A stretch of 64,000 nt of DNA from Bdellovibrio sp. (GCA_036676395.1 JAKFCY010000003.1:192001-256000), one strand, 5' to 3'. Positions 49,624 to 60,505 are shown, counted from the stretch's first letter. A program made the numbers and translations. The notes: generated by a model not told the origin, from the letters alone.

Positions 49624-51665
49624 ATGTAGTTAAAGTCGCAGTCGATGCGCCTTTACTAGATCCTTTAACCTATTTGCAAAACCCTGAGTTTACTGTTTCG
49701 CGCGGTGATATTGTTAATGTCACTCTCGGAAACAGAAAAATAAAAGGCTTTGTATTATCCGCATTTACAACAACCCAGGAAGACATCAATAAAGAATTCG
49801 GCAAAGAAATTAAACTTAAAGCCGTAGTTTCTATTGATGAAGACTCGATTAAGCTTAAAGATCCTTATTTAACCTGGCTTGAATGGGTGGCTGATTATTA
49901 TATTCATCCTATCGGGCAAGTAATTCAGTTAGCTTTTCCTCCACTCGGAAAACAAACTAAAGCACGCGCTTCGAAACGCCCGCCGGTGATCCCAAATCTT
50001 GCGCCAAAACCAAAACCAGAATTAACACCTGAACAAAAAAAGTGTGTTGATGGCATTAGTCTTAATAACGGCTTTCGCACGCATCTGGTTCACGGAGTTA
50101 CTGGATCTGGAAAAACTGAAATTTACTTGCGACTTTTTGAACAGTGTTTAGAAAAAAAACAAAAAGGTTTATTTCTATTGCCAGAAATTTCTTTAACACC
50201 GCAATTAGTGAATCGTTTTGTTGAACGTTTTGGTGATCAAGTTGCCGTACTTCATTCACAATTAACTGATCGAGAACGCACCAACCAGTGGTGGGAAATC
50301 ATTCATGGTGAAAAAAGTATTCTGATCGGCGCACGCTCTGCGCTTTTTTGTCCGGTCGAAAATATTGGTTTAATTGTTGTCGATGAAGAACATGAAACCA
50401 GCTTTAAACAAGATGAAAAATTAAAATACAATGGCCGCGATTGCGCAATTATGCTGGCAAAACACAATGCCTGCGCGGTGATCCTGGGTTCGGCTACACC
50501 AAGTCTAGAATCTTGGAAGAACGCCATCGAAAATAAATATCAATTGCATTCACTAGTATCTCGCGTTGAAGATCGTCCGCTACCAGGCATTACTATTGCG
50601 GATATGCGTTTAGAAAAAGAAAACATGGATCGTTCGATTATGACGCCGTTTTGGTTATCTAAAGAACTTTTTGAAAAAATTAAAATTTCTTTAGCTAACA
50701 AAGAACAAGTGGCTTTGCTGTTGAATCGTCGTGGTATGGCCCAAGTTGTGTTCTGTCAAAAGTGTGGTTATACCGCAGACTGTCCGAATTGCGATATCAG
50801 TTTAACATTACATGCGCGCCATCACTTAGTTTGTCATTACTGCGATTATCATCAAAATTTTGAAGTGAAGTGTCCTGACTGCGCTGAGGGTGAATTATCT
50901 CCTCTTGGGCTTGGCACTGAACGCGTGGAAGAAGATTTAAAAACGCTATTTCCAGATAAAGTGATTGCCCGCGCTGATCGCGACGAAATCACTAACCGTG
51001 TTGAGATGGAAGAGCTCATCAACAACATGGAAAACGGTGAAATCGATATTTTGATCGGCACGCAAATGATCGCCAAGGGCTTAGATTTTCCAAAGTTAAA
51101 ACTTGTGGGTTTGCTGTTAGCTGATGTGGGATTTAATCTTCCTGATTTTAGATCGAGTGAAAAAAGTTTTCAGTTAATCACGCAGATGTCAGGCCGTGCT
51201 GGTCGTCACGTCACCGGAGATGAGTCGCCGGGGTCTGTAGTTATTCAGGCTTACAATACCGAGCATGAATCATTAATGTTCGCACAAAAACATGATTACG
51301 TCGGGTTTGCTGAACATGAACTTTTAAATCGTTCACCGTTAAATTATCCTCCTTATCAAAAAATGTTGTCTTTTCGAATTCAGTCTATGGATCAAGAAAA
51401 ATCACAAACGACAGCAAAATATATTTTAGCGCGGGCGCAAGCACTGAAAGAAAAATATCCCCAGTTTTATTCACAAATCGAAGTCCTTGGTCCAGCTGCT
51501 TCACCGCTAGCGCGAATAAAGAACCAATACAGATATCATTTGATTTTAAAAGGGTCTAAAGCCGTCGAATTAAACCAACTTGCGCGCCAAATTATTTCAG
51601 ATGAAAAATGGATTCCTAGCCAAGTGAAGGTCCTGATCGATGTTGACCCCATGAGCCTATTGTAA
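49620..51665 (+). CDS. priA: Replication restart helicase PriA
   Basis: GVTGSGKTEIY, PEISLTPQ, GARSALF, VDEEHE.SFKQ, four CxxC motifs, GTQMIAKGLDFP, QMSGRAGR. Confidence 0.95.
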   Translation: MNVVKVAVDAPLLDPLTYLQNPEFTVSRGDIVNVTLGNRKIKGFVLSAFTTTQEDINKEFGKEIKLKAVVSIDEDSIKLKDPYLTWLEWVADYYIHPIGQVIQLAFPPLGKQTKARASKRPPVIPNLAPKPKPELTPEQKKCVDGISLNNGFRTHLVHGVTGSGKTEIYLRLFEQCLEKKQKGLFLLPEISLTPQLVNRFVERFGDQVAVLHSQLTDRERTNQWWEIIHGEKSILIGARSALFCPVENIGLIVVDEEHETSFKQDEKLKYNGRDCAIMLAKHNACAVILGSATPSLESWKNAIENKYQLHSLVSRVEDRPLPGITIADMRLEKENMDRSIMTPFWLSKELFEKIKISLANKEQVALLLNRRGMAQVVFCQKCGYTADCPNCDISLTLHARHHLVCHYCDYHQNFEVKCPDCAEGELSPLGLGTERVEEDLKTLFPDKVIARADRDEITNRVEMEELINNMENGEIDILIGTQMIAKGLDFPKLKLVGLLLADVGFNLPDFRSSEKSFQLITQMSGRAGRHVTGDESPGSVVIQAYNTEHESLMFAQKHDYVGFAEHELLNRSPLNYPPYQKMLSFRIQSMDQEKSQTTAKYILARAQALKEKYPQFYSQIEVLGPAASPLARIKNQYRYHLILKGSKAVELNQLARQIISDEKWIPSQVKVLIDVDPMSLL

Positions 51666-51677
51666 AATAATTAAGAT

Positions 51678-52373
51678 GTGAGTGATAACAAGCGCAATCC
51701 AAATTCAAAACTTTCGCTGATTGAAAAAGCCGAACTGGATCGCAAATCCAAAATGTGGGATATGCGTATGGCATTTATTCAACGTGGTCACCGCGCTATG
51801 CAAGTTAAACAATACGGCGAAGCTGCCATTAATTATGAAAAATACGTTCGCACGTTAGAATTAGTTTTTAATGTACCCCCCGGAAATTTAACTCCCGAAG
51901 TTTTCAAAGAATCATCACGAACCTCTGAAATGTCGATCTTGGCCGGAGCTTACTGGGATTTAATTCGTATTTACGATACCAGTCCACAATACGGCGACCG
52001 CCAGGCCAAATGCGCAGCCCAATTAGCGAAATTTGCACCGGTAACTCCGATTTACAACGACATTGTAAAACAAGCCCAAGAATTTAGTAAAAACGCCCGT
52101 CATCCAGAACGCGTAAAAATCTTTTTAGCAGCGGTCGGAAAATCTTCGCGCTGCTTTATTGCAAGCTCAGCGTACCAGTCTCCTACTCACACTGATGTTA
52201 TGATCCTACGCAATTACCGTGATTCTGTTCTAAAACAGTCATTTTTAGGCAGAAAATTTATTTATTTCTACTACCGCTGCTCCCCAAAAGTGGCCTGCAT
52301 TCTTGATCAGCACGAGTACCTGAAAGCCCCAACCCGCTGGGCTTTAAAGCTTGTGATCAATTGCGTTAGATAA
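51678..52373 (+). CDS. Helical (TPR-like) protein with C-terminal CFI-box-CTERM domain
   Basis: CFIASSAYQSPTHTDVMILRNYRDSVLKQSFLGRKFIYFYYRCSP. Confidence 0.7.
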   Translation: MSDNKRNPNSKLSLIEKAELDRKSKMWDMRMAFIQRGHRAMQVKQYGEAAINYEKYVRTLELVFNVPPGNLTPEVFKESSRTSEMSILAGAYWDLIRIYDTSPQYGDRQAKCAAQLAKFAPVTPIYNDIVKQAQEFSKNARHPERVKIFLAAVGKSSRCFIASSAYQSPTHTDVMILRNYRDSVLKQSFLGRKFIYFYYRCSPKVACILDQHEYLKAPTRWALKLVINCVR

Positions 52374-52438
52374 AAAAAGAAATCACCGTATACCGCTTTT
52401 TAGTTGCATCAAATCGAAACTTTTTTGATCGTAGTAGT

Positions 52439-53626
52439 ATGCACATCTACGATTATATCATCATTGGAAGCGGCTTAACCGGCCAAACAATTGCAACTCA
52501 GTTATCTCAAGAAACACAAAACGTGTTGTTGATCGAAGCCGAAGCTTTCACCGGCGGGTCAAATCGCCAAGCACACCTTAGCGGAAACATCCTTGATTCA
52601 GGTTTACGTTTTTTACCAGCAACAGAACTTTCAATTAAAGCGGTGCAAAACTTAGAAAATCTTTTAGGTATGAAATTAATTAAATCTGAAATTGAAAACC
52701 ACCCAGAAACTTACGATGCTTCTGGTTTTAAAGCGTTTGTTGGTTTTGGCGATAAGTCTCCGGCCTTCTATGATCAGTTTTCGTATTTTTTAAATCCTAA
52801 AGAATTAGAATTAACGTTACCGATTCACCAAATTATGGATTTACTAAAAGCTAAATACCAGGGTGAAACACTACTTCGTTCACACGTGACTAAATTTGGT
52901 TTCGAAGAACAAGAAGAAGGCTCGAAAGCAGATCCGCATTTAACTCACGTGATTGTGAATGGATCTAAAACTTATTACGCTAATAATTTTATCTTTGCCG
53001 GACCAGTTCGCGATCTAGCTTTAATTGTGCCTGACGAAGTTTTAAATATTCGTGCAAAAGCTAAACTTAAAAAAGACACCTATTGGATGGCTTTATGTTT
53101 AGATTTATTTCACCAGGATTTAACAGTCGATAAAACTAATTTATTCGTTCTTGATGGAACAACTGATGATGGCATTGGCCCATGTATCGGCCGTTTTTTA
53201 CCGGCAGTTGCTGCTGATGTGTCACCGACACAAAAAGCTCAGCAAGTTTCGCAATGGTTAAGCTTTATTGATTATTCAACAGCTGAAGAAACTGAAAACA
53301 TCGGTGAAGTGTTAAAGAAAATGAAACGCCAGATTAAGCGTGCTTTTCCTGAAATGAGCGAAGCAGTTAAGGCTGAAAGAATTTTCATGAGCCCACCGTT
53401 ATCAGGTGGCGAATTAAAATTGAACGCGAACGGCACTTTACATAAAGTGAAAAACCTTTGGATTGCTTCAGCACAAATGAGCAAGTATCCAAATCTTTTA
53501 GGTTCATTAACTCAATCACAAATGACTTTAGCAGCTTTAGGTTTCGGCGAATTTACGATGGCGCATGCTGAATTTGCTGAAGATGAACAAGCACAAACAG
53601 AAATGCATACAGAGGCGGAGTTATAA
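52439..53626 (+). CDS. FAD-dependent oxidoreductase-like protein
   Basis: N-terminal Rossmann motif YDYIIIGSGLTG...VLLIEA...GG. Confidence 0.7.
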   Translation: MHIYDYIIIGSGLTGQTIATQLSQETQNVLLIEAEAFTGGSNRQAHLSGNILDSGLRFLPATELSIKAVQNLENLLGMKLIKSEIENHPETYDASGFKAFVGFGDKSPAFYDQFSYFLNPKELELTLPIHQIMDLLKAKYQGETLLRSHVTKFGFEEQEEGSKADPHLTHVIVNGSKTYYANNFIFAGPVRDLALIVPDEVLNIRAKAKLKKDTYWMALCLDLFHQDLTVDKTNLFVLDGTTDDGIGPCIGRFLPAVAADVSPTQKAQQVSQWLSFIDYSTAEETENIGEVLKKMKRQIKRAFPEMSEAVKAERIFMSPPLSGGELKLNANGTLHKVKNLWIASAQMSKYPNLLGSLTQSQMTLAALGFGEFTMAHAEFAEDEQAQTEMHTEAEL

Positions 53627-53982
53627 ACACACTTATTCAAGCCCTAGTATTACTAATCGCCTCTTTGCACATTTATTTTCTAGTTCTTGAAATGTTTATG
53701 TGGACTAAGCCATTAGGTCTTAAAACCTTCCGCTTAACGCCAGAATTCGCTCAAGCATCAAAAGGTCTGGCTGCCAACCAAGGTCTTTATAACGGCTTTT
53801 TAGCAGCAGGATTATTGTGGGCATTTTTTCACCCACAACCAGAAATCGCTCAGCAATTAAGATTATTTTTCTTAGGCTGTGTGATCGTAGCCGGCGCATA
53901 CGGCGCAGCTACTGTTGCAAAAAAGATTTTCTTTGTTCAAGCCATGCCAGCGATCATCGCTACTATTTTTTGTCTGATCTAA
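53623..53982 (+). CDS. DUF1304-family membrane protein (start probably ATA 53623; ORF track uses TTG 53665)
   Basis: LHIYFLVLEMFMW, LAANQGLYNGFLAAGL, YGAAT..IFFVQA.PA. Confidence 0.8.
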   Translation: MNTLIQALVLLIASLHIYFLVLEMFMWTKPLGLKTFRLTPEFAQASKGLAANQGLYNGFLAAGLLWAFFHPQPEIAQQLRLFFLGCVIVAGAYGAATVAKKIFFVQAMPAIIATIFCLI

Positions 53983-55474
53983 AAGCTTCATCAAGCACGC
54001 GACCGCTAGCTTTGGCTGGCGGCAATACTCCTGAAATAAATGATAACGTCGGCGCAATATCTACGATTTTAGAACCGGCGTAAACTCCCGCAGAAAACCA
54101 TTTTGGCCCCCACATGATTACCGGCACTGAATTATCATAACTCCAGTTGGTCATGTGATTAACTGTAGCCCCAGTTTTTTGCGCAAAGAATGGTTCAGGA
54201 ATTAACATTAAATCCCCGGCTACATCAGCCACAAAACTATTTTCAACGGGAAAACGTAAATCAAAATAAGGAATTTGTGATTTTAAAACTTGTTCGCGGG
54301 TGATTACTTTATAAATTCCCGGAAGCTGCTCGAAAACTTCTTTCGCGATATCTTGTGCTTTCGCCGGATCAATATTTTTCTCGACCAATCGAGTGCGGTT
54401 TAAATAAACATGAGACGCAAAAACACCTTCAATCCAACCGTCTTTGCCGCTTGAACCTAATTCTTTAGTTAATTTTTCATTTGCTTGTTTAATCGCACTT
54501 AAAAAATCAAGTTCACCTGTTGCGATCTTGCCTCGTAATAATTCAGGAGCTGGCGGAATACCATGATCGGCTGTTAATACGACAACAGTTTTATCTAAAA
54601 GATTTTTTTCTTTTAATGCCTTAAATAATTTAGCGAGCATTTTATCTTCTAATAAAGTCAGCTTTTTTAAATTCGCAGAATCAGGCCCTTCTTTATGCCC
54701 CAGAATATCGTGATTAGACATACTGACACCTAAAATATCTGGGCCGTTGGTGTTTCGTTGTCCAAGCTTTTCTTCAGTTAAAGCCGTGATTGCGATTTCC
54801 ATCGTTGCTTCCGTTCCACGAATGGCGGCTTCAATATTTTTCGCTTCTAAATCTCCGTGTGTCTTTTGTTTGGCATTGATTTTATCTAACCAAGCAGGAG
54901 TTTTACCACCGTTATAATATTTAGTTGTGCTCCACGCATTCGGTTTATCTTCATACCACAAAGCCATGTCTGCTCTGTGCCCACCAAGAAAAATCGCTGA
55001 ACGATCTTTTAACGAAACAGTAAAAACTTTGCTATCAGGATAAATATTTTTTACTTCATCACCATATGTAGTGGTTTTTAATCTGCGCGGAGAAAAACCA
55101 AACTCTTCATCATCAGCACAGTACGCACGTTTTTTATTTTTAATGTCATACCATTCATTAATTTGAATGCTCGTTTGCGCCGGATACGCTCCTGATAAAA
55201 TCATGGCATGCCCCGGACACGTCATCGCTTGTAGAATCCCGTAAGTGCTTTGCGCGAAATAGGCACCCGTGCTCATCATATGATTAAAACCCAGAGATGA
55301 TGCCGGCATAAAATCTTTTTGATAGCGAGTTAGAAAGTCAGAACGGAATTGGTCGATCACTACAACCACCACTAATTTGGGCTTTTGTTTGTAAGTTTCA
55401 AAGTTAAGGCTTTTGGCTGAAACTGAAGACAAAACTAACATGACACATAATTTGATAAACAAAGTCATTTTCAT
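53963..55474 (-). CDS. Alkaline phosphatase superfamily enzyme (PafA / nucleotide pyrophosphatase-like), secreted
   Basis: VVIDQFR, TCPGHA (Thr nucleophile), SLKDRSAI.LGGH, DILGH, LTADHG. Confidence 0.88.
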   Translation of the reverse strand: MKMTLFIKLCVMLVLSSVSAKSLNFETYKQKPKLVVVVVIDQFRSDFLTRYQKDFMPASSLGFNHMMSTGAYFAQSTYGILQAMTCPGHAMILSGAYPAQTSIQINEWYDIKNKKRAYCADDEEFGFSPRRLKTTTYGDEVKNIYPDSKVFTVSLKDRSAIFLGGHRADMALWYEDKPNAWSTTKYYNGGKTPAWLDKINAKQKTHGDLEAKNIEAAIRGTEATMEIAITALTEEKLGQRNTNGPDILGVSMSNHDILGHKEGPDSANLKKLTLLEDKMLAKLFKALKEKNLLDKTVVVLTADHGIPPAPELLRGKIATGELDFLSAIKQANEKLTKELGSSGKDGWIEGVFASHVYLNRTRLVEKNIDPAKAQDIAKEVFEQLPGIYKVITREQVLKSQIPYFDLRFPVENSFVADVAGDLMLIPEPFFAQKTGATVNHMTNWSYDNSVPVIMWGPKWFSAGVYAGSKIVDIAPTLSFISGVLPPAKASGRVLDEAFRSDKK

Positions 55475-55533
55475 AGACCTACATCTTGAACGCTTTATCT
55501 ATTAATTTCAATAACTTAGTCTATCGCTATACA

Positions 55534-55647
55534 CGTCTTATTATCGAACCAGTGGGTAAATCTCAAATTTCCACGAAAAATATTCGCGCCTCTGCTGAAA
55601 AAATTATGAAAAAGCACGATTCCACATTTAGAAAGCTGACAAAGTGA
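55534..55647 (+). pseudogene. C-terminal fragment of AbrB/MazE-like (Doc-partner-type) antitoxin
   Basis: RLIIEPVGKSQISTKNIRASAEKIMKKHDSTFRKLTK*; no AbrB N-terminal half upstream. Confidence 0.45.
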
Positions 55648-55761
55648 TACCTTTCGAACCAACAGATCTGGCTATGCTCTTTCAAAAAATTAACGATTTG
55701 ATAAAATGTTCAACACAAAGCCTGCGCTTTCGAGACAGGCTTCATATCGAAAACAAGAGGT

Positions 55762-56268
55762 TTATTTACAGGTAATGTAGTCGAATACATAAGTTGCGCC
55801 GGAGTCACGCCAACCTTGGATTCGATGCCTCTTAAACAAATTCTCCAAGCCGTTTGCTATTGTTAAATCTTTTGTGATCTTGGATTTGAAGATTTTAATA
55901 TTATCGATGCCCTTGTATAAATCAACTACAGGTGCCCCTACTTCAGATGAGGTGACACTGTAAGAATTAATGTACGACTTTCCAATACCAGAATGACCCA
56001 TTAACCTACAAAACTGAAGCGCTGCAGGTGAGATGGCGTCATGTTCATAGCTATTACGTTCTGATGCTAAAACTTTCAGTGGCATTTTGCCGACTCTGTA
56101 GGTGACGTTCTCACGGTCTGATTCGATAACAGCAAAATTTCTGACTACCTCAACATATTCGGCAGGTGAAATAGTATTTTCGTCTACATTTGCAACCGAT
56201 CGGGAACCGGTATTTGTAGATGCACAACCTACAGTAAGAAAAAAACTTATTATAACTAAATATTTCAT
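55762..56268 (-). CDS. Hypothetical lipoprotein
   Basis: Lipobox TVGC; RBS AAGGAG; downstream hairpin aagcctg...caggctt at 55718-55742. Confidence 0.7.
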   Translation of the reverse strand: MKYLVIISFFLTVGCASTNTGSRSVANVDENTISPAEYVEVVRNFAVIESDRENVTYRVGKMPLKVLASERNSYEHDAISPAALQFCRLMGHSGIGKSYINSYSVTSSEVGAPVVDLYKGIDNIKIFKSKITKDLTIANGLENLFKRHRIQGWRDSGATYVFDYITCK

Positions 56269-56451
56269 ATAACTCCTTATTTATTTGCTAAGTTTACCCC
56301 CCCTACGGAAAATCATAGTCCAATTTTTTGTGAACAAGACATAATGGTTTTGACACAGGCCCTAAGCCTTCATGGCATTCCAAAACTATTAGTTTAATAC
56401 GCGCTTGGCTTTTTTTTAGTTTTAAGATAAAAAAATGCAGCAGGAATTCAT

Positions 56452-56703
56452 ATGAAAACATTATTTATACTAGCGATACTTTGTTCTACATCAACTATGG
56501 CAGAAACAATGATAGTCGTTGAAGGTCGTGGAAGAAATTGGGGCAACATAGCCGAGGATGATGCCAAAAATAATGCACTTCAATTGGCTAAAGAAAAATG
56601 TAATGGAGAAGCCGAGCAAATTGGTGAATGGGATGTTCAAATCCTAAACCGTAAAGAAGGAATGTTTTACGTTTCAGCAATATCACAATTTAAATGTCTT
56701 TAG
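56452..56703 (+). CDS. Small secreted hypothetical protein
   Basis: Signal peptide; two Cys in mature part; RBS CAGGA. Confidence 0.65.
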   Translation: MKTLFILAILCSTSTMAETMIVVEGRGRNWGNIAEDDAKNNALQLAKEKCNGEAEQIGEWDVQILNRKEGMFYVSAISQFKCL

Positions 56704-56722
56704 AATCAGGCTCTGGTCCATT

Positions 56723-57520
56723 TTACTTCACGCCTTTTTTATTTACTGACCGAGAACTTTCTGTATGGACTGAATTAGTCATCTTCAGTACACGCTGAGG
56801 TCCCATAGGGGTGTTCATAGTCGCATACCACTCATCAGGACCGCAATTATCCAAAGAGCTAATAGCGATCTGCATGGTATTGCCTACTCCTGATTCAACA
56901 AAGAGCTTTTGTTCAGCCATGAGACTCATAGCACGTTGATTTAAAGCAGCCGATGCTTTTACTAATAAATCATGACACTGATCAAAAGAAGCTTTGCCCA
57001 TTTCTTTCATGAGGCCAGAAACTGACTCGCAGTATTTGCTATCTTGATTAACCACCTCAGTCGGTTTTTCAGAATTATTTTTCATCAGTGTAGAAAACTG
57101 CTCTAAGCTGCATGTACCAGAGTCGTTGCGTTTCACAGTGGCTTTTTGGCCGAGCATCCCCGGCGGCGAAGCCTTCGCATCAGTCATATAGTTTACAACA
57201 TAGCCCTCGTCGTTCGTCAGGAACCGCACGGTTTCCTTTATCTCTGTGATAACGCCGTTGATAGGAATTTGTCGGTTAAAAGTAACGACGACTTCCTTAC
57301 CTTCCGTTTTGAAAGATCTGATTCGACTCGAAGATTTATTCAACTCAGCTTTTCCATTTTTGATAGTAAGAATTTGATCAAATCCACCCATCCCAAAGTT
57401 TGCATTTGCAATCAAAGAGTTACCCAGAGAGTCACAATCTGCGGCAGGCATTGCAGCCGATACGAAAGGGTAAATTAAGAATAACGCCAATAAATGCTTC
57501 ATAAGTAGGTTCTCCAACAA
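56723..57520 (-). CDS. Secreted hypothetical protein (likely start ATG 57502, MKHLL)
   Basis: Signal peptide MKHLLALFLIYPFVSAA; several Cys. Confidence 0.65.
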   Translation of the reverse strand: MLENLLMKHLLALFLIYPFVSAAMPAADCDSLGNSLIANANFGMGGFDQILTIKNGKAELNKSSSRIRSFKTEGKEVVVTFNRQIPINGVITEIKETVRFLTNDEGYVVNYMTDAKASPPGMLGQKATVKRNDSGTCSLEQFSTLMKNNSEKPTEVVNQDSKYCESVSGLMKEMGKASFDQCHDLLVKASAALNQRAMSLMAEQKLFVESGVGNTMQIAISSLDNCGPDEWYATMNTPMGPQRVLKMTNSVHTESSRSVNKKGVK

Positions 57521-57690
57521 TGTTTATGATATCAGAAGAACGAGGAGTGATCTCCAGGTTTATGAAGATCGCGACCTGGCCACAACCCCCAAACAATTTT
57601 ATCTCCGCCAAACACCCCTAAAAAGGCCAATTTTCATAACTCAAGGCTTGCCTAACACATCTCGGTTTGCTATCTCTGATCCTCACTAAA

Positions 57691-57793
57691 ACACACGGGA
57701 TGGTAATACCTGGTCTGATGCTTAAATTGGTTGCATCGGAAACTCTCGCTGGAGATCAAACTTCAGCAAGCTCTGCCCCCCGGAGGCTTAACC
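57691..57793 (+). promoter_or_regulatory. rpsB 5' leader (S2 autoregulatory / t44-like RNA element)
   Basis: Starts ACACACG and ends CGGAGGCTTAACC, like known rpsB leaders (CACACACG...GGAGGCATAACC). Confidence 0.7.
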
Positions 57794-57814
57794 AGAAAAA
57801 AAGGAAGTAATCAC

Positions 57815-58753
57815 ATGGCACAAGTTACCATGAAAGAAATGTTAGACGCTGGCGTACACTTTGGTCACCAAACACAACGCTGGAACCCAAAAATGAAACC
57901 GTATGTATACACTGCACGCGGCGGAATCCACATCATCGACTTACAAAAAACTGTAGTTCGTGCAAACCAAGCTGCTGAATTCGTAAAAGAAATCGCATCT
58001 CAAGGTGGAACAATGATTATGGTTGGTACTAAAAAGCAAGCTATCGAACCTGTTCAAGAAGCTGCTAAAAAATCTGGTCAATATTTCGTAACTAAACGTT
58101 GGTTAGGCGGAATGTTAACAAATTTCGAAACGATCAAAGCTTCTATCGATCGTTTACGTAAAATCGACAAAATGAAAGAATCAGGCGATTTCAATTTATT
58201 AACTAAAAAAGAGCGCGCTGGTTTAGATAACGAATACATCCGTTTAACTGAATACTTAGAAGGTATCCGCGACATGAAAACGCTTCCAGCGGTTATGTTC
58301 GTAGTTGATCTTCCTAAAGAACACATCGCGGTTCTTGAAGCGAAAAAATTAGGTATCAAAGTTGTAGCTATTGCAGATACAAACTCTGATCCTGAATTAG
58401 TTGATTACCCAATTCCAGGTAACGACGATGCTATCCGTTCTATCAAATTATTCTCTAACTTAGTTGCGGATGCTTTCATGGAAGGCGCTAAAGTTTGGGA
58501 ACAAAAAGCTCGCACTATGACTGACAAAGCTTCTGACAACAAACCTGAAGCAGCTACTGAGACTAAACGCACGGCTCCTCGCACTCCAGGTGCTAAAGGC
58601 GACGCGAAACCTGCGGCTCCTGCAGCTAAACCTGCTGGTCCACAAGTTGTTAAGTCAGCAAAATCTCGTAAATTAGTTGCTGCAGGAACTGCAGACCTAG
58701 TTGAGATCGAAGCAGAATTAAACGAAGAGAAAAAGGATGATTCAGCTGAGTAA
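57815..58753 (+). CDS. rpsB: 30S ribosomal protein S2 with C-terminal extension
   Basis: MAQVTMKEMLDAGVHFGHQTQRWNPKM, RWLGGMLTN, PGNDDAIRSI. Confidence 0.97.
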   Translation: MAQVTMKEMLDAGVHFGHQTQRWNPKMKPYVYTARGGIHIIDLQKTVVRANQAAEFVKEIASQGGTMIMVGTKKQAIEPVQEAAKKSGQYFVTKRWLGGMLTNFETIKASIDRLRKIDKMKESGDFNLLTKKERAGLDNEYIRLTEYLEGIRDMKTLPAVMFVVDLPKEHIAVLEAKKLGIKVVAIADTNSDPELVDYPIPGNDDAIRSIKLFSNLVADAFMEGAKVWEQKARTMTDKASDNKPEAATETKRTAPRTPGAKGDAKPAAPAAKPAGPQVVKSAKSRKLVAAGTADLVEIEAELNEEKKDDSAE

Positions 58754-58785
58754 TCTCAGTTGAATTCATTAAAGGGAGAACAACC

Positions 58786-59709
58786 ATGTCTATCTCTGCA
58801 TCAATGGTAAAAGAACTGCGCGAAAAAACTAGCGCAGGTATGATGGATTGTAAAAAAGCTTTAGAAGAATCAAAAGGTGATTTTGAAGCTGCTGTTGAGT
58901 GGTTACGCGTAAAAGGTTTATCTGCAGCTGCAAAAAAATCTGATCGCATTGCCGCTGAAGGCACTGTTTCTGCAAAAACTGACGGTAAAACTGCAGTTGT
59001 TGTTGAAATCAATTCTGAAACAGATTTCGTAGCTCGTAATGATGGTTTTAAAGCTTTCGTAGCTGATGTTGTTGATCACGTATTAACAGCGGCTTCTACA
59101 AATGATTTATTAACTCAACCGTTTGCTAAAACTCCAGGTAAAACTGTAGGCGATAAACTTAAAGAAAGTATCGCAACTATCGGTGAAAACTTAGTTATCC
59201 GCCGTACTGAAAAGTACACGACTAACGAAACTGGTTTAGTTCACACATACATCCACGGTGAAGGCAAAATCGGCGTAATGATTGAAGTGCAAACTCCATC
59301 TGCTGCTGTTGCTTCATCTGCTGACGCAAAAACTTTTGCTTCTGACGTTTGTTTACATATCGCTGCGATGAACCCAATGGCTTTATCGTCTTCTGAGATG
59401 TCTCCAGAAACAGTTGCTAAAGAAAAAGAAATTTTAAAACAAAAGAATTTAGAATCAGGCAAAAAACCAGAAATGATCGAAAAAATCGTTGAAGGTCAAA
59501 TCCGTAAATTCTTAGCTGAAAACTGCTTAGTTGATCAACCGTTCGTTAAGAACCCAGATTTAACTATTACTGCTTACTCAAAAGAAGCTGGTAAAAAAGC
59601 GGGTGGCGATCTAACTATCAAACGTTTTGTACGTTTTGAATTAGGCGCTGGTATCGAGAAAAAAGTAAACGACTTCGCAGCTGAAGTTGCTTCAATGCAA
59701 GGGCACTAA
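58786..59709 (+). CDS. tsf: Elongation factor Ts
   Basis: VKELREKTSAGMMDCKKAL, EINSETDFVARN, FVRFELG. Confidence 0.97.
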   Translation: MSISASMVKELREKTSAGMMDCKKALEESKGDFEAAVEWLRVKGLSAAAKKSDRIAAEGTVSAKTDGKTAVVVEINSETDFVARNDGFKAFVADVVDHVLTAASTNDLLTQPFAKTPGKTVGDKLKESIATIGENLVIRRTEKYTTNETGLVHTYIHGEGKIGVMIEVQTPSAAVASSADAKTFASDVCLHIAAMNPMALSSSEMSPETVAKEKEILKQKNLESGKKPEMIEKIVEGQIRKFLAENCLVDQPFVKNPDLTITAYSKEAGKKAGGDLTIKRFVRFELGAGIEKKVNDFAAEVASMQGH

Positions 59710-59716
59710 GCCTTAG

Positions 59717-60505
<789 letters not shown>

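Noticed and set aside
52439..52560. Resemblance of the oxidoreductase N-terminus to eukaryotic Rab-GDI
   Set aside because: Explained by the generic FAD-binding Rossmann motif.
57731..57814. ORF-track N-terminal extension of RpsB (similar extensions for Frr at 60472, BamD at 19084, activator at 30496)
   Set aside because: These are upstream TTG artefacts. Downstream ATGs match family N-termini, and the rpsB extension overlaps the leader RNA.
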